A stretch of 64,000 nt of DNA from Paraspadella gotoi (Eukaryota > Animalia > Chaetognatha), in assembly GCA_051294375.1 (NCBI GenBank), contig CM119263.1, forward strand, positions 18,190,628-18,254,627, given 5' to 3'. The position numbers and the translations under genes are program-made. Positions 38,054 to 50,243 of this stretch are shown piece after piece (positions within the stretch are counted from its first letter, which is position 1; the number at the start of each line of letters is the position of its first letter). The notes beneath the pieces were generated by a model. The model was not told the origin of the DNA and made no database searches. It saw only the letters and a list, made by a program, of their open reading frames with translations.

Positions 38054-38175
38054 AGGGCTCCCTCGGGCTTCGGCGACGAGAGAAGTTTCGTTCCATTTCT
38101 CGCGGGGATTAACTTCGCCGCCTACTTTTATCACCCCGGATACTATTGCAAGGGGATCATCTTGCCATCCTTCAA
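38054..38175 (+). CDS. ADCY8: ADCY8-like exon (RAPSGFG...GYYCKGIILPSF)
   Basis: gtgcag acceptor, aa|GTGAGT donor; aligns by eye to the ADCY8 pre-TM1 segment GYSYRGVIFPTL. Confidence 0.9.
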
Positions 38176-38844
38176 GTGAGTATTATCTTTTCCTCCTTTA
38201 AAAAAAGAGAGCGTCGTCTTCAGGATCGTTGAAAGTGATCGTCGTTTAACTTGTATCGTTTTACCATTAGCTTTAAGCGATATTCGATGCCGGAACGTTC
38301 CTTCCTTCATCTTGGAAGAAACATTTATTGAGAAGCTCATATCTGACGTCGTAACAAGATATCACTTCTGTTGAAGGCTACCACTCCTGACTTCAACCTG
38401 AGAAAAATTCTAGAATATTTTTTTTAGAATATTTAAATCCTTCATCGCAGAAATTTAAGCATAGAATTAATGTTTAAAGGGTCACAGAAAAAACATAACC
38501 CGTTTATTTTTTTTTTTACTTTTTTCGTCGCAAAAAGAAATTGTTCACGAAATTGCGAGACACAAACAAAGTTTTCTTCCTTCTTCGAACCAATGATTCC
38601 AACCGGTTGAGATTCCAAAACAATTTTGTGACTATTTTTATATTTAGCACTTTAAACTCCAACAAAAACAACAAATTTACTTCTTACTCTTGTCCCTAAG
38701 TCTTCTTGATTTTCTCCGAAGCCCGACATAAAGTTTTCCGCAATGTTCCTCGTAAACTGAATTTTTGATTATGTTGATCAAATTTTTGGCCTTTGGTCTT
38801 GACGCCACGCCACGCCCATCAGTTCCTAGTCATCGCGTCGCTCC

Positions 38845-39105
38845 TCTTTTAAAAGGAGGCCACTTATCTCTTTGCTCCACTTAAAAGGCGCCTCTTTTCT
38901 GCTCCTATTGAAAGGGGCAAGTTTTCCACTTTACCTGCAAGGCGTCTTTCTTAGGATTCGCTTTAAAGGCCCGTCTTTTCGGCTTCAATTACAAGGCTCA
39001 ACCTCTCTGCTCCACTTGAGGTGTTCATCTTTTGCTCCTCTATCAAGGCTTGTATCCAACAGCCGCCATTTCCTTGCTCCACTCGCAAGGCGCCCTTTTT
39101 TCTCC
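38845..39105. repeat. Degenerate ~27-bp minisatellite
   Basis: Recurring tgctccacttaaaaggcgcctcttttc-like units; 9-residue periodicity in the ORF at 38872. Confidence 0.7.
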
Positions 39106-40343
39106 TCCCTTAATAACAAGGTTCCACTCTGTGGATTCCACATTCCACACCCCCAACGTGGTTCTGAGACGAACGCTTTCATTTGTCTAGCTTAACCCCG
39201 ACGACGAAAACGACGACAATATTACTGCGACCAAGGCGACGACGACGACGACGACGACGCTAACGGCTTCGATCCCGGAAGGAAAGGAGAACTCTTGAAA
39301 GGGAGCACTTTCTTTTGTTGAAAACAGCCGTTTGGGTTCGGAGTAGAGGAAATCTCACCGGAGTGTTTATGGAGACGACGTCTTGAGGCTGAGGTTTTGG
39401 GGAACAACATGACCTCCTTTTGCGTCGAGTCTGTTTTACACTCATTTCGTGAGAAACCTGGGGGGAAAATTTGTGGAGGAAAATAAATTGAAACTTAAAT
39501 ATTAAAACGGGGATGAAATTAAAGATAATGCAAAATGTAAAACGATATTGCACTACTAAATTGTTTATAAAACTTAATGCCACTTTAGAGAACGCATAGG
39601 ATTTTATAACAACCAATTACATTTATTGTGAACGAGTAATTCTGTAAAATAAAATAAAAGAAAAAAAGAGAGAAACGGGGAAAAAATTAGTTGAAGTTTA
39701 AAAACCAAAAAAAGTACTAGAACTAGTAGATAAGAAAAAGGATACGAAAGAAAAAGAAAGAAGAAAATACTAAAAGAGAAAACGAAAATATATTTGCTCG
39801 AGAGGAAACGCAAACGGAGAGCGAGAGGTTAAAAATCCCAGTTCTGACTCATCAAAATACGTGGGAGTCAACGATTGTCTCCCTCTCTCTCCCGCGGATT
39901 CTCCCCGCGAGAGAGAAACGAGCCCAGTTGCTTTTATCCCCCGCAAGATGAGGCCTTTATCCGCCCGAGGAATAAAAAATGACGACGCCGCAAAACGCGA
40001 ATCGTTTTGCTCCGGGAAAAAAGATGGCGACGACGACGATGATGATGATGATGATGATGATGACGCGCGATGCTTTGAAGGAGACGACAAACAAAAGCTG
40101 AGTCTAGATTCGACGCGATGACCGTTATCGCCTTCGCGTCTCCACGCCCACAGTTGCCAACTCCTCCCGTTTTTTTTTTCGTTCGCTCCTTCTTTCCTCC
40201 ATCGCCCACAAACGCCCACAAACGCCCACAAACGCCCACTGTCCCCCACTCTCTCTCTTTAATCTTCTCCACGATCTTTCCTGTCTCTTTCACTCCCAGC
40301 TTCTCTCAATTTTTCGACTCCCCACATTCCCCCCCCGCCACAG

Positions 40344-40499
40344 ATACACGTTCAAGAGCAAAACTCTGGAGACGCTGTATCAACAATACTTTTTCCGCCA
40401 ACAAGTGATAAGCCTAATTGTGATCAACTCCCTGGACATCATCATCAAAATCATTCTCGCTATTTTCTTCTTCTTCGGAACGTTTCAACGATCCCTAGA
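40344..40499 (+). CDS. ADCY8: ADCY8-like exon, pre-TM1 helix and TM1 (YTFKSKTLETLYQQYFFRQQ...)
   Basis: FxSxxLExLYQxY motif of transmembrane adenylyl cyclases; cacag and ga|GTGAGT. Confidence 0.95.
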
Positions 40500-40887
40500 G
40501 TGAGTGAGGACGATGAATACAATTTATAATCTTGATGAAAAATCCTCTGTCTAAAATTTTAAAATTGGATCTTACTCTCGCTGAGAAATTTCTCCGGCTT
40601 TTCTCTTTCCTTCTTCAATTTTCTCCTTCCAATTTACGATTTAAAGTTTAACTTTTTTTCTCCTTTTCCTCCTTTTTCTTTAATTTCTTTCCGCATTTCC
40701 GTCCCTTCCCCTTTCCTCCGTCTTATTTTTCTTTTTCTCCTTCCTTTTCATCGCTTTTCCCATATTCTTCTCCTTTCTTCCCCTTTTCCTTCCTTTCCTC
40801 CATTGCTTCTTCCTTTCCTCTCGTTCCTTCTTCCCTCTTTTCTCCTTTCCTCTCTCCCCCCCTTTTTCTCCCCCCCCAAAAAAACAG

Positions 40888-41063
40888 TCCGCGTCAATCC
40901 ACCATCTATCCCCTCGTGATTCTCTCCACCTCGAGTCTCTTCATCAACGTCGTCGTCGTGATCCTCGCGAAATTCGCCACCAAAACAGAGTCTCACTTGC
41001 GATACTTGGGCGTCGCCGCCTGGCTCCTTCTCTCCATCGAGTCCATTCTGGATTATGGAATAA
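40888..41063 (+). CDS. ADCY8: ADCY8-like exon, TM2-TM3
   Basis: Hydrophobic open frame (PLVILSTSSLFINVVVVILAKF...LRYLGVAAWLLL); aacag and a|GTGAGT; phases fit. Confidence 0.9.
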
Positions 41064-41410
41064 GTGAGTAGACGGGATCGGGATGTGAGGGGACGTGATT
41101 AGAGAAGATTGAGACATTATTGGTAAGAAACTCCAAACTCAAAAACTTTCCATCATAAAAGCAAAGTCACGGAGTCTCGTTTCTTTCCATCCCCTTCTCT
41201 CGCTTCTAAAAGTGAGCTTTTATTATTTTCACAAATAACTTTCCTCATGCAACGATGAATGGGGCAAACTTTGCTCCTGACCCCCGGACCGCCTCACCTT
41301 TTTTGACTCACCTCGATTCGGGATTCGCGAGGAGATAAAAGGTGAGGTGCGAAATCTAAGCGAATCATTCCACGTCGGCTCATCTCAGACGCCGACGCCA
41401 TCGACCTCTT

Positions 41411-41514
41411 GCCGGTGCCGGTGCCGGTGCCGGTGCCGGTGCCGGTGCCGGTGCCGGTTGCCGGTGTGATGCCGGTGCCCGGTGCCGGTGTGCCGTGCCG
41501 GTGCCGGTGCCGGT
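41411..41514. repeat. (GCCGGT)n hexamer array
   Basis: Directly visible in the sequence. Confidence 0.95.
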
Positions 41515-41597
41515 TCGGACGAGAGAGACGATAACGACTATACTCGTTAAACGCGCCAAGAAACTTTTTCTTCGGGAAGAGAGAGAGAGAAGAGAGA

Positions 41598-41644
<47 letters not shown>

Positions 41645-41806
41645 GGAGGAGAGAGAGAGAAAAAAAGAAAATCGATCAAAAGATTTTATATTTTATTCCC
41701 CGTTTATTCTGATTTGAATTTTCAATGGGTGACTAACTACGAATAGTATATTTATATATTTGGCCCAGAATCTCCAATTCCCAAACCCCTTTTTCCAACC
41801 CCATAG

Positions 41807-41938
41807 GTTACAGCCACCCCCGCCACACCACCCCCTCGGACGGCGTCGCCTTCGTCCTCTTCACTGTCTTCGTCACGTACACGCTGCTGCCGATGGACCT
41901 CAAATTCGCCGTGGCAGCCGGCACGCTAACCAGCTTAG
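41807..41938 (+). CDS. ADCY8: ADCY8-like exon, TM4-TM5 (DGVAFVLFTVFVTYTLLPM)
   Basis: Conserved DGxxxxLFxxFxTYxxLP motif; catag and g|GTCGGT. Confidence 0.95.
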
Positions 41939-42182
41939 GTCGGTTACGGGATATTATGCTTAATAAAATGGGTAAATATGGTTATAGCGCGATAAACTAT
42001 GAAAACACTGAACCTTAGCAACATTCACTAATTAATCTTAATCTTAATCTTAATATATCGTTATCAGAATAGCACGGTACATAGTGGCTTGAATAATAAT
42101 AGAGCTGCGACGATTGGCGTTAAATCCAGTCCATATCATTAACTAACACCGGGGGGCGTAGATATATTTAGGAACAGTTTTA

Positions 42183-42318
<136 letters not shown>

Positions 42319-42319
42319 G

Positions 42320-42405
42320 GGCATTTCGCGGCGGTTCTCATTTTTCAAGGCCTTCAATTATCCTCGACTTTTAGTGATTTTTTTACGCCGAACATCATAT
42401 CACAG
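42320..42405 (+). CDS. ADCY8: ADCY8-like exon (HFAAVLIFQGLQLSSTFSDFFTPNIISQ)
   Basis: (CT)n-ccag acceptor, cag|GTGAGC donor; phases 1 and 0 fit. Confidence 0.9.
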
Positions 42406-43752
42406 GTGAGCCTTAGTTATTTCATCACGAGAGCTAATTCCCTCGTCACGAAAGATCGTTAATTCTTTTTCGCAGACATAAGAAATGTATAATTAGATAT
42501 TTCCGTTTTTTTTTTATCAAGTATAAAAAAACCATCAAAACCATTGACTATGAAATTCATTAAGATTTAGTTTAAAAGTTTTTAAAAATACTTTCTTTGT
42601 AAAAAAAAAAATCAAATCCTTCCCAATAAATCCTCCATCAAATCCCGGCCTCCATTATTTCGCGATAGCGCCGTCTCTCCGTCCTGGATTTCCCGCCATA
42701 AATCAAAACGGCGCCGGAAAAAAAATTTCACGGTTTCTGGCCAAAAATGACGGAATCTCAATTCATGAGGCGAATAAAATTGGCCGACGCAAATCCCGAC
42801 GGCCACGCCTCAGCCTCAGCCGGTACTAGTACAACGCCGAGACTCCCGCAGTCTCCGCCGCCGTCACTGCAGCAGCCGCTTCCACTGCCACAGCGATGCA
42901 GCATTAGCTTCTAACCTTTGCGACGGCAATTTACTCTTCATATAATTTCTCTTGTCGTATACGAAAACTGTCACCCGATCAGTCAGTCAGTAATTAATTC
43001 GGTGGCGCCGATAAAATAGACGCAAAGACAGTCTCTCTCTGTCCCCTACGCCAAAACGCAGCCCGAGCAACAACCACAACAAATCACAATTCAATCACTG
43101 CCATAAAATCAGAGCCAAGCGTTGCATTTGGACTAGTGGGCGGATCTCGCTTTTCGCTCTTGTGTTTGTATTCACTTACGTTAGTTTTTCCTTGATAAAT
43201 CAATAACTCCTGAACACTGAAGAGTCAGCTGGTCCCATTGCTTAAGCTCGTTTAAATTTTTTTTCTTCTTAATTTTCGTTTTTATTTACCATCTGTCAAA
43301 AGTAGACATAAATTCACAATTTAGATATTTTTTTGAGATGATTTTATTTTGCGAAACTGTTTTTTTTTTTTTGGTCATTTTTTTAATAAATAAATCATTT
43401 TATGCGATGACCTTTTCCATTTTATCATTCATTTTCTTTGTGACATGAGTCTTTTTCCTCTACAAAGTCGACTCCCTGCTTCCTTCATCTCTTTCCTCTC
43501 CTCAGACTGGGAAGGACCAGTCTCCCCTTCTTTCGTTCACGATCCTCCTTTTCTGTTTCCTTTTTCCCATTCTTTCTCTTCTTCAATCCCCTTCCTCCCT
43601 TTATTCTTTTCCTCTCTCCTCCCTCTTCCTTCTTTTCCTCCCTCCTCTCTCAGCCTCTCCCTTTCCTCCACCTCTCCACCCGCTCCTCCTCCAATCTCAT
43701 TTCCTCCCCCTCATCGCCCCCCTCTCCCCTTTCCCCCCATTGACTTTCCCAG

Positions 43753-43856
43753 TTGGTCGCCAACGCTTTTCTCTTCCTCTGCCTCAATTGGTCTGGCTTC
43801 TACACCAGTTGTCTCGCCGATCTCGCCCGGAGGAAGTTCTTCCTCGAGACTCGGAG
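43753..43856 (+). CDS. ADCY8: ADCY8-like exon, TM6 (LVANAFLFLCLNWSGFYTSCLADLARRKFFLETR)
   Basis: Conserved FLETR motif; cccag and ag|GTGAGG. Confidence 0.95.
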
Positions 43857-44024
43857 GTGAGGAAGAGGGGGACGGGCGGGCGGAGGATGGGTGATTGATG
43901 ACCCGAGAGCGAATAGGGTGAGCTGGTTGGGTGATTTATTAATTGACGCATGAATGGTCAGTTGATTGAGGAATCTAGTGGGTCCTTGCGAATGGAAAAA
44001 GTTACTCATGAATTCTTTACGGGG

Positions 44025-44087
44025 TATTGATTAACGACTATTGATTAACGACTATTGATTAACGACTATTGATTAACGACTATTGAT
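44025..44087. repeat. (TATTGATTAACGAC)x4 tandem repeat
   Basis: Directly visible in the sequence. Confidence 0.95.
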
Positions 44088-44694
44088 GAGTTAAAAAAAT
44101 CAGCAATAAAATGAAAAATCTAAACGATAAGTGAAGTTGCTGAAAAGAGGCGAGCAAATAAAAAAATGGGCCGCTTGACAAAGGCTTTTCTTAAAAAAAA
44201 AATCATTTTAATTAAAGCCAAAATCTCGTTTGTTTGTTTGTTTAAAAAAAAGGGAACAAAAAAAAAACAAAAAAAACGAGAAATCCATCCTCGTTTCTCC
44301 CCGGGGAGGCGCGAAGAAAAACCCGAAAAAAAAAAGAAGAAAGTCGCGTGAAATTTAGAAAAGGACGACAACGACGACGAGGACGATGACGACGAACAAG
44401 ACGACGAAGAAGACGACGAAGACGACGTACGAGACGACAAAGCAGATTGAAAAAGATTAAAAGAGATTGAAACAGATTTTCCGAGTTGGGGTTAAGCTTT
44501 CGGGACTCTTTTGAGGTTCTCCATGGGGAAAATCGTTTATTTACATTCAGAACGGGTTCCCCGACCTCTCTTTTTTCTTTCTTTCCTTTTCCTCTTTCCA
44601 CAATCTTTCTCTCTCTTCTGTCTCTCTGATCTCCTCTCTCTCTCCTCTCGCTCTCGCCTCTCTCTCTCGGCTCGTCTGTCTGTCTATCTGTTTG

Positions 44695-44746
<52 letters not shown>

Positions 44747-45015
44747 GCTCTCTCATCTCTCTCTCTCTCTATCCCATCTTCTTTTTCTCTCTTTCTCTTA
44801 CTCTTTCTCTCTTGAGCAAGTTCTTTCTTTCTTTATTTATTCTATTCCCACCTTCTTTCATCTCTTTTTTTCTTTTTCATTATTCTTACAATTTTAAGTA
44901 GATCGAGTCATTTTTTTCTTCTTCCTCTTCAGAAGTCACGTCGACTCCCAAAACTCTCCAATCGCTTAGATAACTGCTGTGGTCTTTAATGTGCCTTTTC
45001 GCCTTTTGAGTCACC

Positions 45016-45103
<88 letters not shown>

Positions 45104-46043
45104 CGGGAGAGAAAAAAGGAGAATAAAAAAGAAGAGAGTAAATTCTAAAAAAAAAGCCCAAGAAAAAAGAAGCCATTAGCCCTGGCCCCGACTCCATGGA
45201 GCTTTATGTCATAACATAGCGATAGTCAAAACCCCGAGTGACCCCTAGGGCTTTTTCCTCTCGTCCCTGGCAAAAGCTTTTTCGTATGCAGGGCGGTTGT
45301 GGTTCTTCTTTTTTTTGTAGCGGGCCAAGGCTCAAAATTTTTTTTATTGGGCAAGTTTCTTTCTGTAAGCAAGTGCTAAGTACGTACTAATCAGTTTACT
45401 GGCGCTTTTCCATTCAAAAATGTAGCAAATTGTATCAGACACAAATCTCGTGTGGGCTGACTTTATACGAGGTTGACAGAACAAGAGAGGACCGAGACTT
45501 GGCAAGAGTTTTTCTTTGAAGCAAAATAAAGATTAAAGATAATGCCCATGGCTTAGCCTAAATGAGAGTTGACCGTCGAAAAGGTTCTCCACCTGCTGCC
45601 AACACCTGCGTCAAATCCTGCAACGACCTCTAGATATTGGTCTGCCTGTTCCCTACGTAATGTCATTACTAATGACAGCACTCTTCCCCGGAGAGCTCTG
45701 TCCACCACCGCGTCGCTGTCGTCTTCATCGTCTCTGCTATCGCCGTCGTCCCCGTCGTCTTCGGAATTCCCGAGAGACACATAAAGATGCGATCCAGAGA
45801 GAAAATTCTTTCTTTTTTTCTGGCGAGAGACTCATTTTCTTTCTTCGCGCGAAAAAATGGGAAGACATTGGCGAAGAAATGAGAAGCGAGGCGAAACGAG
45901 GAAATCTCTGCGCCCGGACTGAGGCTCGATTTAAGCCGATTGGGGGACTCTGTCGGTCTTCTATCGAGACAATTAAAAAAAAAAAAAAATAAAAAGACCG
46001 ACCAAACCATTTTCTTTTTCATCAATTTCTCTAAAAATACATA

Positions 46044-46435
46044 CATCGTGACCATTTTAAACCCGCCGCTATAAAAAATTCACCGTACAATACAGATTTT
46101 AACATTTTAAAAAAATATACAGAAAGACAAAACACATATATTTTTTATGTATTAGAAAATATATCATAGTATTCTGTTTTTTGAGGGCTTTCAGGCAAGA
46201 TCAATATTATTGGTATTTTTCATAAATCATCAGGAAATTCTTTAATCTTTATATTTTAAAATATTAAGTTATTGAATGGTGAGATCACTCTTTAAGTAAA
46301 AGTAAACTTAAGGATATGATAACTTTACACAAAAAATATATATGTCCTATCTTTAAAGAGCTTTTTTCAAAATATTCTTGATACGTTTTCGTTCGATGAT
46401 TTTTTTCTTGCGGCGGGTTTAAAATGGTCACCATG
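46044..46435. mobile_element. Tc1/mariner-type MITE, 392 bp
   Basis: TIRs CAT(C/G)GTGACCATTTTAAACCCGCCGC (26 bp, 1 mismatch) extend imperfectly to about 110 bp; TA on both sides (46042-46043 and 46436-46437). Confidence 0.8.
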
Positions 46436-47344
46436 TAGTTTATAGTAGTACCATTTTTAGAAATTTTTGACCTTGCCGATGCGAATTTTTGAAGAAAGTA
46501 GGTAATACGCATTATTTATATCTCAGAAAAAGACTTAATCCCTTTTAAGGACCTGTTACCCATGAAGGTACATAGATTAACCTTTTGTCGCCACTCGGTT
46601 AACCTCACCTTGTGTAATATTTATGACCCTTGACGACGCCAAAAACAAAATCTTCGGCGCGGCGGTGCCTGGTAACAGAATCCATACAAGTTTTTTTTTC
46701 CCAAACGTGAGCGACCTTCTTCAACAGGAATAAATTGACATAAAAAATCGACGGCTATGGCAACCGCCCGGTTGCCTGTGATGCCCATTGGCAGGGAGAA
46801 TCTCACTGTTGGCTTTGGGGTCTTCTGACCCTCAGTGACGCCTTCAGTCACTGGCGCGGTTACCCTAGGACGGTCTCGCTTTGCCAACGCAGAGGGAAGT
46901 CGTTAGGACTGTGGATGGAACACTACGCCTGGGATGAAGTGTTCCCCCTCTGAGCCAATGGATTTGGTTGTAGGATGGTGGACGTGAGGCGGTGTGAATA
47001 TACCCCCACACGGCAACAAAAGGATTTCAGACTTCATTGGATCGACGTCTTCGTTGAACGAAATCATCTTTCTTTTCTCAACTGAAGCTTCTTTGGAGAA
47101 GTTGGAAGGATCTCGTCACATCCCTTCCCCCTTCGGCGATGACCTTTTCATTATCTCCTCCTCCCTCGGGGTTTTTATGGGTTTCCTCGCGGGAAATCGA
47201 CTTTTTCTTAAGAAAAACAGAAAAAAAAGAGAGAAAAAGTAGGTAAAAGAACAAAAAGGTAAAATGGATGGGTTGCCAGGAGAACGAGTTTAAGTAACTT
47301 CCCGTCTTTATCAGTATAAAAAAAAAAAACTCAAGAGATGATAT

Positions 47345-47578
47345 TATGGTAGACTAAAATCCACCAACCGTTTATCGGCGGCCATTGGTGCCGGAGACAA
47401 GTCATTCGCCTCCCAACCCAAAGCTCCGGGGTTCTTGCCCGGTGGCCGCCTAGCAGTTAAGAGGGACGGGGCGCTTAACCCGCCTGTAACAGGGTGTTAC
47501 AGCCTGATCCAAAGCTCAGGGACTGCTTATATTGAACGGTTCAGTCACTAACATATAACAATAAGTACTGTCTCTTCA
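47345..47578 (+). mobile_element. Solo LTR of the same TRIM family
   Basis: Colinear over the full LTR length, TATGG...CTCTTCA, flanked by the 4-bp TSD ATAT (47341-47344 and 47579-47582); no PBS or PPT adjacent. Confidence 0.9.
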
Positions 47579-48134
47579 ATATGCTCTTCAATACGACTAC
47601 AATGTCGGTGATGCAGTTCAAAGTAAAAACATCGTCAACAAGCAAGCGACTATAAAGACAATGACTTTTGTCGACGAAGAAGCGCCGTATAATTTATCTC
47701 TAACGAGTCATTTGTGCCTTGCTTTAAATAAAAATTGGCTCTCGACTTGATTATGGACTACAAAAGATTGTTCTCCTTTGGGTACGCGATTCAATCAGAA
47801 AAAAAAAATTGAACGACGCGGCAATGTCGTTGCCAAGAGAATTTTTTTAAACTGAATGGCTCGAAGCCGCGTCGAAGCCGAGATGAGAAAGAGATTTGTT
47901 GTCGCCAGAGTTATTTGTTGTTTACAACGTTGTTGTTGTCGCATTAAACGCGGGTGTACCTGGGAAAGAATGTTTTATTTCAAAGGCGCCATCTTGAAAA
48001 TATGCGCTGTTGGATTGATGATTATTTAGACGAATAAATCTATAAAAATATACTGCTAAATAGGAATAATTTTAATAATATTTTTGTAGTATTAATAAGT
48101 ATTTATAGTATAGTTATTTTTTATCCACCTTCAG

Positions 48135-48317
48135 ATGCATTCAGTGTCAGCAAAAGATCGAGCGGGAGAACGAAAGACAAGAGAAACTGTTGTTGTCCGT
48201 TCTGCCAAGATTCGTCGCCTTGGAGATGATCAACGACCTTAGCAACGAGACGCACTCCAGTCAAGAGGTCGAGAAGCCTTTTCACAAAATCTACATTCAT
48301 AAATACGACAATGTCAG
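48135..48317 (+). CDS. ADCY8: ADCY8-like exon, helical domain (ENERQEKLLLSVLPRFVALEMINDL...FHKIYIHKYDNV)
   Basis: Hallmark adenylyl cyclase sequence; ttcag and ag|GTGAGC. Confidence 0.98.
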
Positions 48318-49870
48318 GTGAGCCAATTCTCAATTAGATTTTATATAAATTAACATGTTATATTCGCATTCGAACTAAGAAATATAAAATTGTCTGATGA
48401 ATAACGCTTAATTTAATTAACTGAAATCAGTTCTAACTTGGGGAAAATCGGTCAACTTTATTTATGAAAACTGTATGTGCTAAAATCTAAAGCCTTTTCG
48501 CCGAAGAAAGATTAATTTTTCGGATTATTTGTGTCCAAGAGAAGATGACCCGCTTTTTTACGAGAGTCAGGAAAGGCGGAAAGCCTACGATTCGACTTTG
48601 CGACGAATTCTTTCTCAGAGACGAATTTACGATGCAGCTTCCGTGTTTTGAATGTTTTGTATTTTCCAAACCTTAATTCAATCCACGAAACTTTGAAGAC
48701 AGAAAAAAAAAGAGGTTTAAACCATAGTTCTTTTGTAAAACCCAATAGAGTCACCGAGAAGTAAACAATAAACTTTTTCCAATACTTTCGGAAAAATAAA
48801 AAAAAAGCTAAATTGAGTTTTAAAAATAGAAATAGGAGAATAAACAGAACGCATTTTAATTAAAGAACAAAATTCTATTCAGTCAATTTGTTTTTTTTTT
48901 TAATTTCATTTCGTCCACCGTTTCGGTTTTTTTAAAATCAACTGATAGAAAGACGAGAGAGCGGACAGAAAGAAGTGGCAAAGGACAGAAAGAAAATAGA
49001 ATAAGGCTCGAGTCGGGGGCCGTTTGTATTCTGTTGCGAGGATCGCTATTGGTTCCTCGACACAATAATCGAATCACGAGGTCGTAATTGAATCAGTGAA
49101 AGGAAGAAAGGGGGAGATAAAGAAAAAGAAAAAAAAGAAAAGGAAAGGGGAAGGAGGAGGGTGGAAAGAAGAAAGAAGAGGAGTGAGAGGATGAATGAAA
49201 GAGGGATGAGACTGAATCGGAGGTGTAAGGATATTTGTTGAAAAGGTAAAGGATTGAAAAAAAAAAATTAAGTGGAAAGAAAAAAATAGAAAAAGAAAAG
49301 GATGAGCTAAGATATAATCAAGTCATGAGCGTAATTAACAAATATTTAATTCCAGCTTTTAGCAAATTTCACGTGATATTATGACAGCGGAAATAGTTGT
49401 TTTAAGTTTACCACAAAAGTAAAACCAGGAACTCAACGATAGACCGAACGAGATGTGACAAGCAATGACAGAGAGAGGAGAGGTCGTAATAATAAAGCGG
49501 ACCGAGCGATCGATAATTTATCGACGATTTTTCCCTCATCTGCCAAACGAATGACCTCGATAACCTAAGGCTGACCCCGATTTCGTCTTTCGGTAACTGA
49601 GACGTTTGAAAAGCGATCCAACAAGTTTCACAATGCAATTTCACTTTCAATGTTTTCTAGGGTCTTCGTTTTTTTGTAAGAACTAAGAGGATTAGTAGGT
49701 GGGTTAAAAGTAAGAGCTAAGATTTTTTAATTCGTAAAAGAGCGAGAATGAAAGAAGGAAAAAGGCGGGCGGGAGATGGATACGTAACTCGCGGACGCAT
49801 AAACTCTGACTTTTCAGCGTCACAAATTAGATAAAATGGATATTTTTCTCTTCCTCCTCCTCCCATTCAG

Positions 49871-49982
49871 CATCCTCTTCGCAGACATCAAAGGCTTCAC
49901 TCAACTCTCGGCGAATCGAACCGCGGCGGAACTCGTCCGGACTCTCAACGAACTCTTCGCCAGATTCGACAGACTCGCCGAC
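49871..49982 (+). CDS. ADCY8: ADCY8-like exon, C1a ([10 protein letters not shown]...[13 protein letters not shown])
   Basis: Contains the first metal-binding Asp; ttcag and GTGAGT. Confidence 0.98.
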
Positions 49983-50179
49983 GTGAGTTATTGGCGTTGG
50001 TGTTGGCGTTAGCGTTGGCGTTAATATCGTCGTTGTCGTCATTTTAATAAAAATGACGCCGTCAGCAACGACATTATCTTCAGCATCATCCGGATTACAC
50101 ACGGCGATAAAGATATCATCTCGTTTAAAAATTGCATTTAATACAGAACTTGAGTGACACTTTTCTGATTTCTCTCTCC

Positions 50180-50243
<64 letters not shown>

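Noticed and set aside
44025-44087. Short regular repeats (here and at 6612, 41411) as CRISPR-like arrays
   Set aside because: There are no unique spacers and no cas genes, and the context is a eukaryotic genome; they are plain tandem repeats.
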